A DNA stretch of 64,000 bases from Octopus bimaculoides (Eukaryota): positions 10,011,298-10,075,297 of the forward strand of contig NC_068984.1 in NCBI RefSeq assembly GCF_001194135.2, written 5' to 3'. Made by a program: the position numbers and the translations under genes. Positions 51,351-63,833 of the stretch are shown piece after piece. The notes under the pieces are model-generated. The model did not search any database, was not told the DNA's origin, and was given only the letters and a program-made list of their open reading frames with translations. Numbering within the stretch: the stretch's first letter is position 1; every line of letters begins with the position of its first letter.

Positions 51351-51699
51351 AGAAATGATGATGCGGAAGAGTGTTCGCAACCGAGAATGAGTCTCCAACC
51401 CAGTTTTAAACTCAAAATATAAATAACCACATCTAAACATTGCTGGAGGACTCAGCCATTATTTGCCATTCCACAGCATTTTAGCATCTTAAATATTACC
51501 AATATCTATATTCCACAGGGGCAGGCAGAGCCATGAGGTGAAGTAATTTGCTGCGCAACAGAGGCAGGTGTGGCTGTTTGGTCAAGAAATTTGTTTCCCA
51601 GCCACATGATTCTTGGTTCAATCTCACTGAATGACACCTCGGGCAAGAGCCTTCTACTGTGACCCTGAGCCATTATTATCATTATTACCCAGGTAACAA

Positions 51700-51950
51700 T
51701 ACCCAGGTGTCACCACCATAGAGGAAAGAAAAATAAACAAATACAGGAACCTGACCATCTGCAGTCAGTTTGTGCCGGTCACTGTCGAGACCTCAGGTGT
51801 TTTCAAACCCTGCACTGGGGATTTTCTCCACAAAACCAGGATAACTATGGTCCATCTGGAATCAAGCCTTGTAAGGTGGGATGGCTGTTGCTGTGAGTAT
51901 CGCTGGCCATTCTCCAGGGCAACACCTTAGCAATTATGTCCATGAGGTGT
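51700..51950 (+). mobile_element. CRE-like non-LTR retrotransposon endonuclease 3' fragment
   Basis: EERKINKYRNL..FVPVTVETSG and, after a shift, LAILQGNTLAI (E..K..KY / P..VET.G / QRGN motifs). Confidence 0.65.
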
Positions 51951-52029
51951 GGCTAAACATGCCATTTGTTCTGAGGTATACAACCTATTGCTCCCTTCCC
52001 CACCATCTTCTGCTGCTTACCCCTTTCTT

Positions 52030-52252
52030 CTTTTACTCGTTTACTTGTTTCAGTCATTTGACTGTGGCCATGCTGGAGCACCGCCTTTTAGTCGAGCAAA
52101 TTGACCCCCAGGACTTATTCTTTGTAAGCCTAGTACTTATTCTATCGGTCGCCTTTGCTGAACTGCTGAGTTACAGGGATGTAAACACACCACCATCGGT
52201 TGTCAAGCGATGTTGTGGGGGGACAAACACAGACACACAAATATATACACAC

Positions 52253-52299
<47 letters not shown>

Positions 52300-52465
52300 C
52301 ACATTTATGACGGGCTTCTTTCAGTTTCTGTCTACCAAATCCACTCACAAGGCTTTGGTCGGCTCGAGGCTATAGTAGAAGACACTTGCCCAAGGTGCCA
52401 CACAGTGGGACTGAACCCAAAAGCATGTGGTTCGTAAGCAAGCTACTTACCACACAGCCACTCCT
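52030..52465 (-). mobile_element. SINE family B, full length
   Basis: Consensus match. Confidence 0.9.
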
Positions 52466-53519
52466 CGTTTTTCTTTATTTCCTTGGTGAAGTAGTTATGG
52501 GGTTTTTACTCAATAATTTTATCTTTTTTACTTATGTTTTCTTTCTGTAAAATACGTTGTTAGTAAAACATCAGATTCAGAGATATATTGGTTCTAAAGA
52601 TAAGGTTAGACAAGATGGCTGCAGGGCCAGTCAGTTGTCCAACCCTTTAAACACTGAATATTGAGTATTTTGTTCTTTATTCTGTTCCTTCTGCTCTATT
52701 TTACAATAGAAAAAGAGTCATAACATCGTTTATCTTGGGTGAACACAAACAACAACAACAGCCACAACTAAAAGCTCAGGAGCTGAAGCACGCATTATCA
52801 TGCTTCAACTTTGTTTCAACTGAAAAAATATATTGATCACTAATTGATTGGAAGGCCATAATGGGGACCAATTAATTTGGTTCAATACATTTCCTTTCGA
52901 GATGAGAATATTATCATCATCATCATCATCTGTATCATCAGCTGAGTCAATCTCTAATCTAAGGAGTTGAGGTATATTTTTTTATTGCTGTTTAGCCCCA
53001 GGTCGACCTGATTGAGTCAACCTATGATCATATCCATTTCAGCCATGACGGTCCCGTCTTGAGATTTATTCCACTCTGTTAAGACTCTGATTGGGATCAA
53101 GATATATCTTTTGTTGTTATTGTTTGTTTAACCCCAGGACAGAACTAATTAAGTCAACCTATGATCAAAACCATTCCAATTATGGCAGTCCAGCCCTAAC
53201 AATTATTCCAGTCTGTTAAGGCTCTGCTTGTTTTATCAATGGTACCAAGATGTTGGTCTTTCTGATATTTGAACCCTATTGCTGTTAGCTGGGTCCTGAA
53301 AGGAAAAGAAAAAAAGAAAAAAAATTTCCCACCACAAAGAGGCAGAAGTTGAACCAAGAATCCAAAGAGCAACAAGGAGCACAAGACATTCTGTTTGATG
53401 CTTTACCAATTCCTCCAATCCACTGCCATGGACTGGTGCCATATTTATCAACATGCTAGCATGGAAGGTGGATGTTAAAGGATGATGATGATTATTATTA
53501 TTATTAGGGCGGCCTTTTA

Positions 53520-54110
53520 TGCTGCCAAATCTCACATGTTTCCAAGGAAGGGAATATTTCCCCATTTACAAACTATCATGTTATGTCAAGACAAAAAACA
53601 CACAAATACACACACACACACACACACACATGATGGGGTTTCTTTCAGTTTCTGTCTACCAAATCCACTCTCAAAGCTTTGGCCAGCCCAAGGCTATAGA
53701 CAAAGACATTTGCTCAAGGTGCTACATAGTGGGACTGAACCTAGGACCATGTGGCTGGGAAGCAAGCCTCTTACCACACAGCCATATCTGTGCATATATA
53801 TATTTTGTTGTGCAAGTACTTGGTGACCCTGTCAGTGCAGGTGCCACGTAAAAGCACCCAGTCCACACTGTAAAGTGGTTGGCATTTGGAAGGGCATCCA
53901 GCTGTAAAAATCTTGCCAAAACTGACCTCACCTGTGCATGTGCAACATAAAAACCACTAAGTCCATTCCACTGAGAGGATGGTGTTAGGAAGGGCATCTA
54001 GCTATAAAAATCCTGCCAAAACAGTTACAGAAGTCTGTTACTGGCTTCTGCCTGGCCAGTTCTTGTCAAACTGTCCCACCCATGGAAGGTGGGCATTAAA
54101 CGATGATGAT
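53520..54110. mobile_element. SINE B (-) plus RTE 3'-UTR copy (+)
   Basis: Consensus matches. Confidence 0.75.
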
Positions 54111-54349
54111 GGTGATACAGATGGATAGATAGATGCACACAACACACACACACACACACACTTAGAAGGAATTACAAGAAACACAAGTTCATATCATTTC
54201 TTCTTATGTACATTCTACCACTGTGGTTGTTTGGAGCAAACTGGAGAGGATAATGTATGTGGAGCTCTAGATTCAACAGAACCAGTTGTATATCTATTTG
54301 TACACGCAAGATATACTATATACTGTGTATATATAACCAAATACATATA

Positions 54350-54745
54350 TATACAATGGGCTTCTTTCAGTTTCCATCTAACCAAATCCATTCACAAGTT
54401 TTTTTGTTGGCTTAGAGTTATAACAGAAAACTCAAGTTGCCGAGCTGGCAGAATCGTTAGCACGCCGGGCGAAATGCTGAGCAGTATTTTGTCTGCCATT
54501 ATGTTTTGAGTTCAAATTCTGCCAAGGTCGACTTTGCCTTTCATCCATTCGGGGTCAATAAATTAAGTACCAGTTACGCACTGGGGTTGATGTAATTGAC
54601 TTAATCCCTTTGTCTGTCCTTGTTTGTCCCCTCTATGTTTAGCCCCTTGTGGGCAATAAAGAAATAAGAAACCTCAAGATGCCATGCAGTGGGACTGAAC
54701 CCAAAACCACATGGTTGGGAAGCAAACTTCATAACCACACAACCA
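54350..54745. mobile_element. SINE A (+, about 54440-54668) nested in SINE B (-)
   Basis: TSD-like agaaa(a/c)ctcaag flanks the inner copy. Confidence 0.8.
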
Positions 54746-55044
54746 TGTCCATGGCACATCTATATTAATTTATGTGTAAACAACTTATAAATGAGGGCAA
54801 AAGAAAATAATTCCTATGCCAAATATGCCGAGAAATAGACTTTAAATCATCAATAACCACATATAATTCATCACTAAAAGCGGTAATAACAGAATTCTTC
54901 AGAAATTTCTGTCAGCATGCTTCAAGACGCATGCTTTTAGAGATGAATTATGTGGTGATTGACAATTTAAAGTCTATTTCTTGGCATATTTGGCATAGGA
55001 ATTTTTTCTTTTGCACTTAATTATAAGTTGTTTATAATTTTCAC

Positions 55045-55665
55045 CTTACTCTTTTACTTGTTTCAGCCATTTGACTGTGGCCATGCTGGAGCACCGCCTT
55101 TAGTCAAGCAAATCGACCCTGGGAATTATTCTTTGTAAGCTGAACCACTAAGTTATGGGGACGTAAACACACCAGCATCAGTTGTCAAGCGATATTGGAG
55201 GCGGAGACAAATACAGACACACAAACATATACACACACATACATATATATATACATAACGTTGCCAGTGCCGCTGGACTGGCTCCTGTGCAGGTGGCACA
55301 TAAAATACACCATTTTGAGCAAGGCCGTTGCCAGTACCACCTACACTCTCGGAGTTGTTGGCATTAGGAAGGGCATCCAGCTGTAGAAACTCTGCCAAAT
55401 CAAATTGGAGCCTGGTGCAGCCATCTGGTTCACCAGTCCTCAGTCAAATCGTCCAACCCATGCTAGCATGGAAAGTGGATGTTAAACGACGATGATGATA
55501 TACGACGGGCTTCTTTCAGTTTCTGTCAACCAAATCCACTCACAAGGCTTTGGTTGACCCTAGGCTGTAGTAGAAGATACTTGCCCAAGGTGGCATGCAG
55601 TGGGACTGAACCCGGAACCATGTGGTTGGTAAGCAAGCTACTTACCACACAGCCACTCCTGCGCC
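55045..55665. mobile_element. SINE B (-) interrupted by RTE 3'-UTR copy (+, 55255-55498)
   Basis: Consensus matches. Confidence 0.8.
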
Positions 55666-55964
55666 TAGCTTAAAAGGTATTTTTTAATATGCTGGCCACT
55701 GATAGAATTTTTTGAAAATTTTATCCTATATTAGATGTATATTTATGTGTAGTTTATTTAGGAGAAACACAGAGCCATGAGCCCTTCTCAGAGTATGAGG
55801 TTCTGGGGAGGGAGAGAGGGAGGAATGTATCTTCAAACTAAACCTGGCCTGTATACTTACAAGAGCAAACTCCTAGTTCCACTAAAGGCAACAGGGAGTG
55901 AGGGTCAAGGGAATGCTAACCTGGGCAACAGATTTAAATACAGGACTGTATTATCCTATAAGTC

Positions 55965-56192
55965 CAATAGGGCAGCAAGCTGGCAGAATCATTAGCATGC
56001 CGGGTGAAATGCCTAGTGGTATTTCGTCTGCCGTTATGTTCTGAGTTCAAATTCCGCCGTGGGGACTTTGCCTTTCGTCCTTTCGGGGTCGATTGAATAA
56101 GTACCAGTTACACACTGGGGTCGATATAATCGACTTAATCCCTTTGGTTGTCCCGTCTATGTCTAGCCCCCTGTGGGCAATAAAGAAATAAA
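55965..56192 (+). mobile_element. SINE family A, tail 1
   Basis: Consensus match. Confidence 0.85.
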
Positions 56193-56714
56193 TATGTCCT
56201 TCTCTTTCATACAAAAATAAGATGTGATACAAGGAATATTTGGCTGCTACTTTTAGCAAATCAAATGATTCCGTGGAACCTTTTTGTTCTCCTTTTGGAG
56301 TTAACACCCAATATTGAATAAAGACAATGTCACATAACGGAGTGGAATGAAATGACAGAATGATAGAATACCAGATTCTATTAACTTCATCCTGCTTTCC
56401 CTATAAATTTATGACTTTGTACAGATATAACAAATCAATATTTAACACGAATATCCACCCAACTATCAGAAACACATCTCTCATTCTTGCTCTCTCCCTC
56501 TCTCAATAATCATAAGCTTCCACTGAAGTGAAATGACTGTATCTCTATACAAGATGCAATCATGTCATAGATGATTAATTTATTAATGTTTAATTGTTCT
56601 AGCTATCGTTGGCCCTTCATTTTCCCTGATAGACCTATAATCAACAAAGGCATTCAAGCCGTAACCATCAGCTGGAACACTTTTAATCATAGGTGCAATT
56701 TATTTCTTCTGTCG

Positions 56715-56869
56715 TTTAATTGCTTCAGTCATTTAGACTGTGGCCATGCTGGGGCACCACCCTGAAGAAATTGAGTTCAAAGAATCAACTCCAGTACTTA
56801 TTCTATCTGTCCCTTTTGCTGAACTGCTAAGTTACAGAGACGTAAACAAACCAGCACCAGTTGTCAAGT

Positions 56870-56956
<87 letters not shown>

Positions 56957-57100
56957 CAGGTTTCTTTCAGTTTTCCGTCTATCATATCCACCCACAAGGC
57001 TTTGGTTAGCCTGAGGCAATAGCACAAGACACTTTACCAAGGTGCCATGCAGTGGGACTGAACCTGGAACCATGTGATTGGGAAGCAAACTTCTTAGCCA
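56715..57100 (-). mobile_element. SINE family B with long (CA)n
   Basis: Consensus match. Confidence 0.85.
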
Positions 57101-57308
57101 TGCTTCTGTTTATTTATTTATTTATTTTTGTTATTGGGCACTGTATATCTAGTGTGTCCTTTTCTTAAATTTGGCAAGGGCCAACTTACAAGACCAAGTC
57201 ACAAATTGGGAGATTCTCAGAAGAGAAAAGTCATGATGTTTTCAAGAGATTGTAGCAGAGTGCCAATTATGCTTGGCTGGCCATTCTAGGCCAATAAACA
57301 GCATTAAG

Positions 57309-57352
<44 letters not shown>

Positions 57353-57459
57353 AGCCATGGCTTGAGTACCACCTCTTAGCAGGTGAAAAGGGAGCAGACC
57401 AATGACCGATCGTTGGCAGACATTTCAAGATGACTTGAAGACAGTCGACAGTCAACATA

Positions 57460-57650
57460 GGTGCAGGAGTGGCTGAGCAGTAAGAAGCTTGCTTCCCAAC
57501 CACATGGTTCTGGGTTTAGTACCAGTCCACGGAACTTTTGGCAAGTGTCTTCTGCTATAGCCTTGAGCCAACCAGAGTCTTGTAAGTGGATTTGGTAGAC
57601 AGGAACTAAAAGAAACTCACTGCATATATATATATATATATACATATATA
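57460..57650 (+). mobile_element. SINE family B 5' half
   Basis: Consensus match. Confidence 0.8.
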
Positions 57651-57791
57651 TAAGGTTAAGGAGGGTATTGGATTTAACCAAACCCAAAGATACAGGTAAT
57701 ATCGAGTAAGTGCTTTATACCGGCTAGTTATGCCCCAATCGTTGTATGAACAGGATTGGGGATTATAAGTCGTGTGTGTGTGTGTGTGTGT

Positions 57792-58422
57792 NNNNNNNNN
57801 NNNNNNNNNNNNNNNNNNNNNNNNNNNNNNNNNNNNNNNNNNNNNNNNNNNNNNNNNNNNNNNNNNNNNNNNNNNNNNNNNNNNNNNNNNNNNNNNNNNN
57901 NNNNNNNNNNNNNNNNNNNNNNNNNNNNNNNNNNNNNNNNNNNNNNNNNNNNNNNNNNNNNNNNNNNNNNNNNNNNNNNNNNNNNNNNNNNNNNNNNNNN
58001 NNNNNNNNNNNNNNNNNNNNNNNNNNNNNNNNNNNNNNNNNNNNNNNNNNNNNNNNNNNNNNNNNNNNNNNNNNNNNNNNNNNNNNNNNNNNNNNNNNNN
58101 NNNNNNNNNNNNNNNNNNNNNNNNNNNNNNNNNNNNNNNNNNNNNNNNNNNNNNNNNNNNNNNNNNNNNNNNNNNNNNNNNNNNNNNNNNNNNNNNNNNN
58201 NNNNNNNNNNNNNNNNNNNNNNNNNNNNNNNNNNNNNNNNNNNNNNNNNNNNNNNNNNNNNNNNNNNNNNNNNNNNNNNNNNNNNNNNNNNNNNNNNNNN
58301 NNNNNNNNNNNNNNNNNNNNNNNNNNNNNNNNNNNNNNNNNNNNNNNNNNNNNNNNNNNNNNNNNNNNNNNNNNNNNNNNNNNNNNNNNNNNNNNNNNNN
58401 NNNNNNNNNNNNNNNNNNNNNN
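57792..58422. other. Assembly gap (others: 2452-2497, 3212-3221, 5158-5640, 12065-12074, 16106-16577, 38690-38699, 44278-44287, 60771-61145)
   Basis: Runs of N, mostly adjacent to microsatellites. Confidence 1.
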
Positions 58423-59474
58423 TAAGTAGGCTGTGCCTACCTGAAATAAAATATATCGATAGCAACATTTTCCATTTATGGCAAAATATGGACCTAATTC
58501 CATAAAATTAAGAAGGTTACTCTGATTACTCTGCATAAAATGTAAAATATTTTATTTTTTTGTAGATTAAGTAGGCATAATTTGCCCCTGCTTTTCAATC
58601 TCAGTATTTAAGCTACGCATAGTACTGCAGTAGTATACGTGCTGTGTACATTCTTACAACACAGTTTTTGTTATGTACAATAAAGGCCAAAGTAAATCTG
58701 CCTTCAACTCAGTTGTGGTCTGTGTTTTGCTTATTTTTTTTTTTGTGTTTTACTACATAAAGGTCACCAACTGCCTACCCTGGGTAATTACTGATGGTAC
58801 GTGCCTGATATATATATATATATATATATGTGGCCCTGGGTTGACCAACATCTTAAAGGGTCCTTAAAGGATTTAGTTTAAAACATGAAAAACATTACTG
58901 AACACAGCAAGTATCTGACGAAGGCAGAAAGGCATAATGCTTGAATTGTTGTAACTGTAACAACCAAAATGAGGAAATTAGTCTGAATTTTACTTGCTGG
59001 TAGAGACATCATATTTTCTTTTGCAACCATAATATACAATCAAATATACTAAACATTTAAAAATCAATACTGTGTCCTACTTTGCATTAGCAGTATATTG
59101 TTTTCATTTTTAAGTGTGTCTCTACAAATGTTCTATAGAATTTAGAGTCAGCACTGAATGTTATGTTTCATATATGAATACATTTATGTAAACAATGCAA
59201 ACAAAAACAGAAGATAGTGGGTGTATATGTATATTTCAGGAGTTATTGTTCTCTCTTCAGTATCACATTCAACCCATTAACTATTCATGAATACATGGCC
59301 TAAATAGCCATTAAGTTTAGCAGTGTAACACTATTGGGTAGGTTAATTTACATATTAAACACATTCCTGACGACTGGTATGTACATATTAATTGCTGGTA
59401 GGGACACCGAATTTCATTTGGCAACAAGATATACTACCAAGAACATTATTTACATTGGATGGAGGAGGATGGAG

Positions 59475-59893
59475 GCGCAGGGGTGGCTGTGTGGTAAGTA
59501 GCTTGCTTACCAACCACATGGTCTCGGGTTCAGTCCCACTGCATAGCACCTTGGGCAAGTGTCTTCTACTATAGCCTCGGGCCGACCAAAGCCTTGTGAG
59601 TGGATTTGTTAGACGGAAACTGAAAGAAGCCCGTCGTATGTATGTATATATATATATGTGTGTGTGTGTATATGTATGTGTGTATATGTTCGTGTGTCTG
59701 TGTTTGTCCCCTCCACAACATTGCTTGACAACCGATGCTGGTGTGTTTAGGTCCCCGTAAATTAGCAGTTCGGCAAAAGAGACCGATAGAATAAGTACTA
59801 GGCTTACAAAGAATAAGTCCTGGCGTTGATTTGATTCGACTAAAGGTGGTGCTCTAGAATGGCCGCAGTCAAATGACTGAAACATGTAAAAGA
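59475..59893 (+). mobile_element. SINE family B, full length
   Basis: Consensus match. Confidence 0.9.
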
Positions 59894-59894
59894 G

Positions 59895-60340
59895 TATGTG
59901 TCTTCATCTTGTTTGTTTTTGCCACAACATTTCAGCTGATTTACTCTCCAGCCTTCATCAGGTGTTTTGGTAGAATTTTGAACCCAACCCTGGGTTCTCA
60001 TTCTGAAGGTATTTTTTGCAGATATTATTATTTATTCAAGGCACTGCCTGGAATTGATCTTGCAATCCTGGGGTTAGTAGCCCATGCTCTTAACCATTAT
60101 GCTATATGTCCGTGAGCTAATAACCCCAAGATTGCAAGTTCAATTCCAGGCAGAGCCTTGAATGAATAATAATAACATCAGCAAGAAAATACCTTAGGAA
60201 TGAGAACCCAGGGTTGGGTTCAAAATTCTACCAGGACACCTGATGAAGGCTTGAGAGTAGATCAGCTGAAATGTTGTGGTAACAACAAACAAAATGAGAA
60301 TACATATCTGTTTAATGTAAATAATGTAAATAATGTACAG
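59895..60340. mobile_element. Head-to-head pair of tRNA-headed, hammerhead-tailed SINE copies
   Basis: Arms about 59896-60080 (-) and 60116-60305 (+). The minus copy begins with tRNA-like ggacatatagcataatggttaag...gatcaattcc; each arm has CTGATGA-A-GGCT(G/T)..CAGCT-GAAAT-GTT-GTG. Confidence 0.8.
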
Positions 60341-60379
60341 AATTCCTCACCTCTAAAATCTAGAATGCCACTCCTAAAC

Positions 60380-60770
60380 AGTAGAAGGAATCCGGGGTAG
60401 AAGGAGACCCAGGAAGACACAGGATGAGGTGGTGAAGCATGACTTTCGAACGTTGGGCCTCACAGAAACAATGACAAAAGACCAAGACCTTCGGAAATAT
60501 GCTGTGACTGAGAAGACCCAGAAAATAAAGTGAGTTCACAGCTGTAACCTACACCAGAGTTGCATAACCAGCCCACTCAAAAAGTACCTTGGATCGTAGG
60601 GTGACATGCCATGCTTGAGGAAACCTATTGAGTCAAGTACATCAAAATCAAATCACAATCAAATGGAAATTGTAGTTGCGATCCCCGTGCCAGTGGCATG
60701 TAAAAAGCACCATCCAAATGTGGCCAATGCCAGCACCACCTTGATTGGCTTCCGTGCCGGTGGCACTTAA
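60380..60770 (+). mobile_element. RTE 3' end running into gap 60771-61145
   Basis: Degenerate RPRKT.DEVVKHDFRTLGLTE coding then 3'-UTR family. Confidence 0.7.
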
Positions 60771-61434
60771 NNNNNNNNNNNNNNNNNNNNNNNNNNNNNN
60801 NNNNNNNNNNNNNNNNNNNNNNNNNNNNNNNNNNNNNNNNNNNNNNNNNNNNNNNNNNNNNNNNNNNNNNNNNNNNNNNNNNNNNNNNNNNNNNNNNNNN
60901 NNNNNNNNNNNNNNNNNNNNNNNNNNNNNNNNNNNNNNNNNNNNNNNNNNNNNNNNNNNNNNNNNNNNNNNNNNNNNNNNNNNNNNNNNNNNNNNNNNNN
61001 NNNNNNNNNNNNNNNNNNNNNNNNNNNNNNNNNNNNNNNNNNNNNNNNNNNNNNNNNNNNNNNNNNNNNNNNNNNNNNNNNNNNNNNNNNNNNNNNNNNN
61101 NNNNNNNNNNNNNNNNNNNNNNNNNNNNNNNNNNNNNNNNNNNNNATATTTCTACCCCTTTATAGCTACGTGATTCTAATGATGCAATTCTATATATATA
61201 TAAAAAATAATCAATATTTGGTGTAAATCATATCATACCCCTTGATACTGAAATAATATAAACCTTTAATCTCTTGAGAATATTTTGGTAAATGTAATAA
61301 TATCAATTCCAGTGTTGTACTTGTTTGACATGTCCACAGATCGGAGATCATGCGTAAAAAAAAATTAAAACAATTAGCAGAGGTAGTGTAGCAATTAAAA
61401 ATAGACATAAAGACTGATATATCCACTTTTACTC

Positions 61435-61477
<43 letters not shown>

Positions 61478-61479
<2 letters not shown>

Positions 61480-62080
61480 GGTGCTGAGCTGGCAGAAATG
61501 CTTAGCGGTATTTCGCTCATCACTATGTTCTGAGATCAAATTCCGCTGAGGGTGACTTTGCCTTTCATCCTTTCGGGGTTGATAAATTAAGTACCAGTTG
61601 TGTACTGGGGTTGATCTAATCAACTGGCCCCCTCACCCAATATTTAGGCTTTGTGCCTATAGTAGAAAGGATTATTCTTCTTCTTCTTATTATTATTATT
61701 ATGCACAGGAGTGGCTGTATGGTAAGTAGCTTGCTTACCAACCACATGGTTCTGGGTTCAGTCCCACTGCGTGGCACCTTGGGCAAGTGTCTTCTACTAT
61801 AACCTCAGGCCAACCAAAGCCTTGTGAGTGGATTTGGTAGATGGAAACTGAAAGAAGCCCATCGTATATATGTATGTGTGTGTATATATGTTTGTGTGTC
61901 TGTGTTTGTCCCCCCAACACTACTTGACAACCGATGCTGGTGTGTTTACGTCCCCGTAACTTAACAGCTCAGCAAAAAGGACCGATAGAATAAGTACTAG
62001 GCTTACAAAGAATAAGTCCTGGGGTCGACTTGCTCGACTAAAGGTGGTGCTCCAGCATGGCCGCAGTCAAATAACTGAAA
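61478..62080 (+). mobile_element. SINE A (61478-61672) followed by SINE B (61705-62080)
   Basis: Consensus matches. Confidence 0.85.
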
Positions 62081-62864
62081 CCAGTTAATTCTTTAATTGC
62101 ACTTGTGGTATTATGAGCCAGGCTGTGGTGCAGGTCCTGTCAGAAGTGGGGCCTGTGGTGGGCATGCGGGATTGGTGAGGCATGACCAGGCAGTTTGCAG
62201 CTGATGGTGCAAGAGAGCAGACCTACAGGACGGTATGGCAGCAGACAGACCACGTGGACGTTGTGAGTAACCCCTTCCAGATATACAGGTAAAACCTCCG
62301 TAATTATCCTTCTGCTTCTGTCTTATCCTCCTTCACATCACAAGCTATTTCAGCTCATAACACCACAGCACCATTTATGACAAGGTAACTGTTATATGGA
62401 CTGTTAGATATGTAATTCGTCTGATGTTCCGTGTGTCACTGTGGTTCGTCTGAGTTCATTGTTTCATTGTTGTTGTCTTGTGTGACTGTCGTAGTAAAAT
62501 GTCATTGATATATATATGGCGGACATGACTTTTGTTTATTCATAACGAACATTGGGTGAGTGCGTTCTTTGTATGTAATTGAATAATAAATGTAATAATT
62601 AAATTTGTATAACTCGTTGTGTTATCTCTGCGAGTCTTCCGAGGGAAATACAGCAGTAACTGATACTTTACTTTGAAATTAAGTGCCAAAACCGTTTTGT
62701 AGTTCCTTCATGACCAGTTTATTCAACAGTGAAACAGAATATCAGAGACAAAACCATAAAATATCGTTAATAGCTGCAATACCTCGACAGAAACACAAAC
62801 ATAATAACAACACTAAGTAAACAGTCTGGCAGGATTATTTTATGATGTTTTTTTTATTTTTTAC

Positions 62865-63208
62865 TTGTTTTAGTCATTAGACTGTGGCCATGCTGGGGCA
62901 CTGCCTTCAAGAAGTTTTATTTGAATGAATTAACCCTGGTACTTAATTTTCTTTTAAGCCTAGTATTTATTCTCTTGATCTCATTTACCAAACCACTAAT
63001 TTACAAAAACACAGACATAAAGATACACACACACACACACACACGACAGGCTTCTTTCAGTTTCTGTCTACCAAATCCGTCCACGTGGCTTTGGTTGGTC
63101 CAAGGCTATAGTGGAAGACACTTGCCCAATGTGCAACGCAGCAGAACTGAACTTGAAATCTTGTGGTTGGGAAGCAAACTTCTTACCACACACACATGCC
63201 TGCACCTA
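62865..63208 (-). mobile_element. SINE family B
   Basis: Consensus match, more diverged. Confidence 0.8.
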
Positions 63209-63220
63209 TAAAACTGAGGG

Positions 63221-63338
63221 GCTTACAGCCCCTAGGTTTCCCAAGTGGTCACCCATCTAAATACAAAGTAGGCTCCATGTGGCCTAACTTTGGTAATCGG
63301 ATGAGAACTGGTGCATTCAATGTGATAGTGTTTCATTC
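63221..63338 (-). pseudogene. 5S rRNA pseudogene (near full length, diverged)
   Basis: Reverse complement cactatcacattgaatgcaccagttctcatccgattaccaaagttagg...tttagatgggtgaccacttgggaaacc..gctgtaagc is colinear with metazoan 5S, including box A/C regions. Confidence 0.8.
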
Positions 63339-63410
63339 TTTTAATCTAATATTCTGTTACTTTTTTCAGTTATAGGACTGTGGTCAACACTCGAGCATAT
63401 TGAGCGAATA

Positions 63411-63833
63411 CCGTAAATCCTTGAGTATAGTCTGCCGCCCTTGACTATAATATGCAGGGGATTTTTAGGGGGCTGTACCTCTGAAAAACCTAAACCTTGT
63501 GTATAATACGCACCCCTTCTCTAAGTTGAGTCAAGGAGGTCTATATAAGGTCCTTGGTTTGTAAATATATACGGTAACATCCTTTATTATTATTGTATAT
63601 ATAACAAAATGCAAACGTGTAGCTTTTTTTGTGCACTTTGCAGAAAATAAAGTAATAACAGTGATAACGTCAGTGAAAAATAAATATTAAGTAAATTGCC
63701 TTTACATATTTATCACTTAGAAAATTTTGCTTAGAAAATATTTTTCATTTTTAACCTCATATATAGTACTCATTAGAAATTTTGAACTTTAAATTTTGGG
63801 AAAAATGTGCGGATTATACTCGAGGATTTACAG
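63411..63833. mobile_element. pogo/Tigger-type MITE with TA TSD
   Basis: TA-CCGTAAATCCTTGAGTATA ... TATACTCGAGGATTTACAG-TA. Confidence 0.8.

Noticed and set aside
52142-52437. Recurrent ORFs such as [18 protein letters not shown] or [19 protein letters not shown]
   Set aside because: Translations of SINE B, repeated at many loci; not genes.
60076-60150. Functional tRNA gene
   Set aside because: No acceptor-stem pairing and degenerate boxes; a SINE head, like those of families A, B and C.
62390-62655. Possible solo LTR (TGTTA...AATAAA...ACA); similar idea at 15440-15660
   Set aside because: No matching TSD or second copy.
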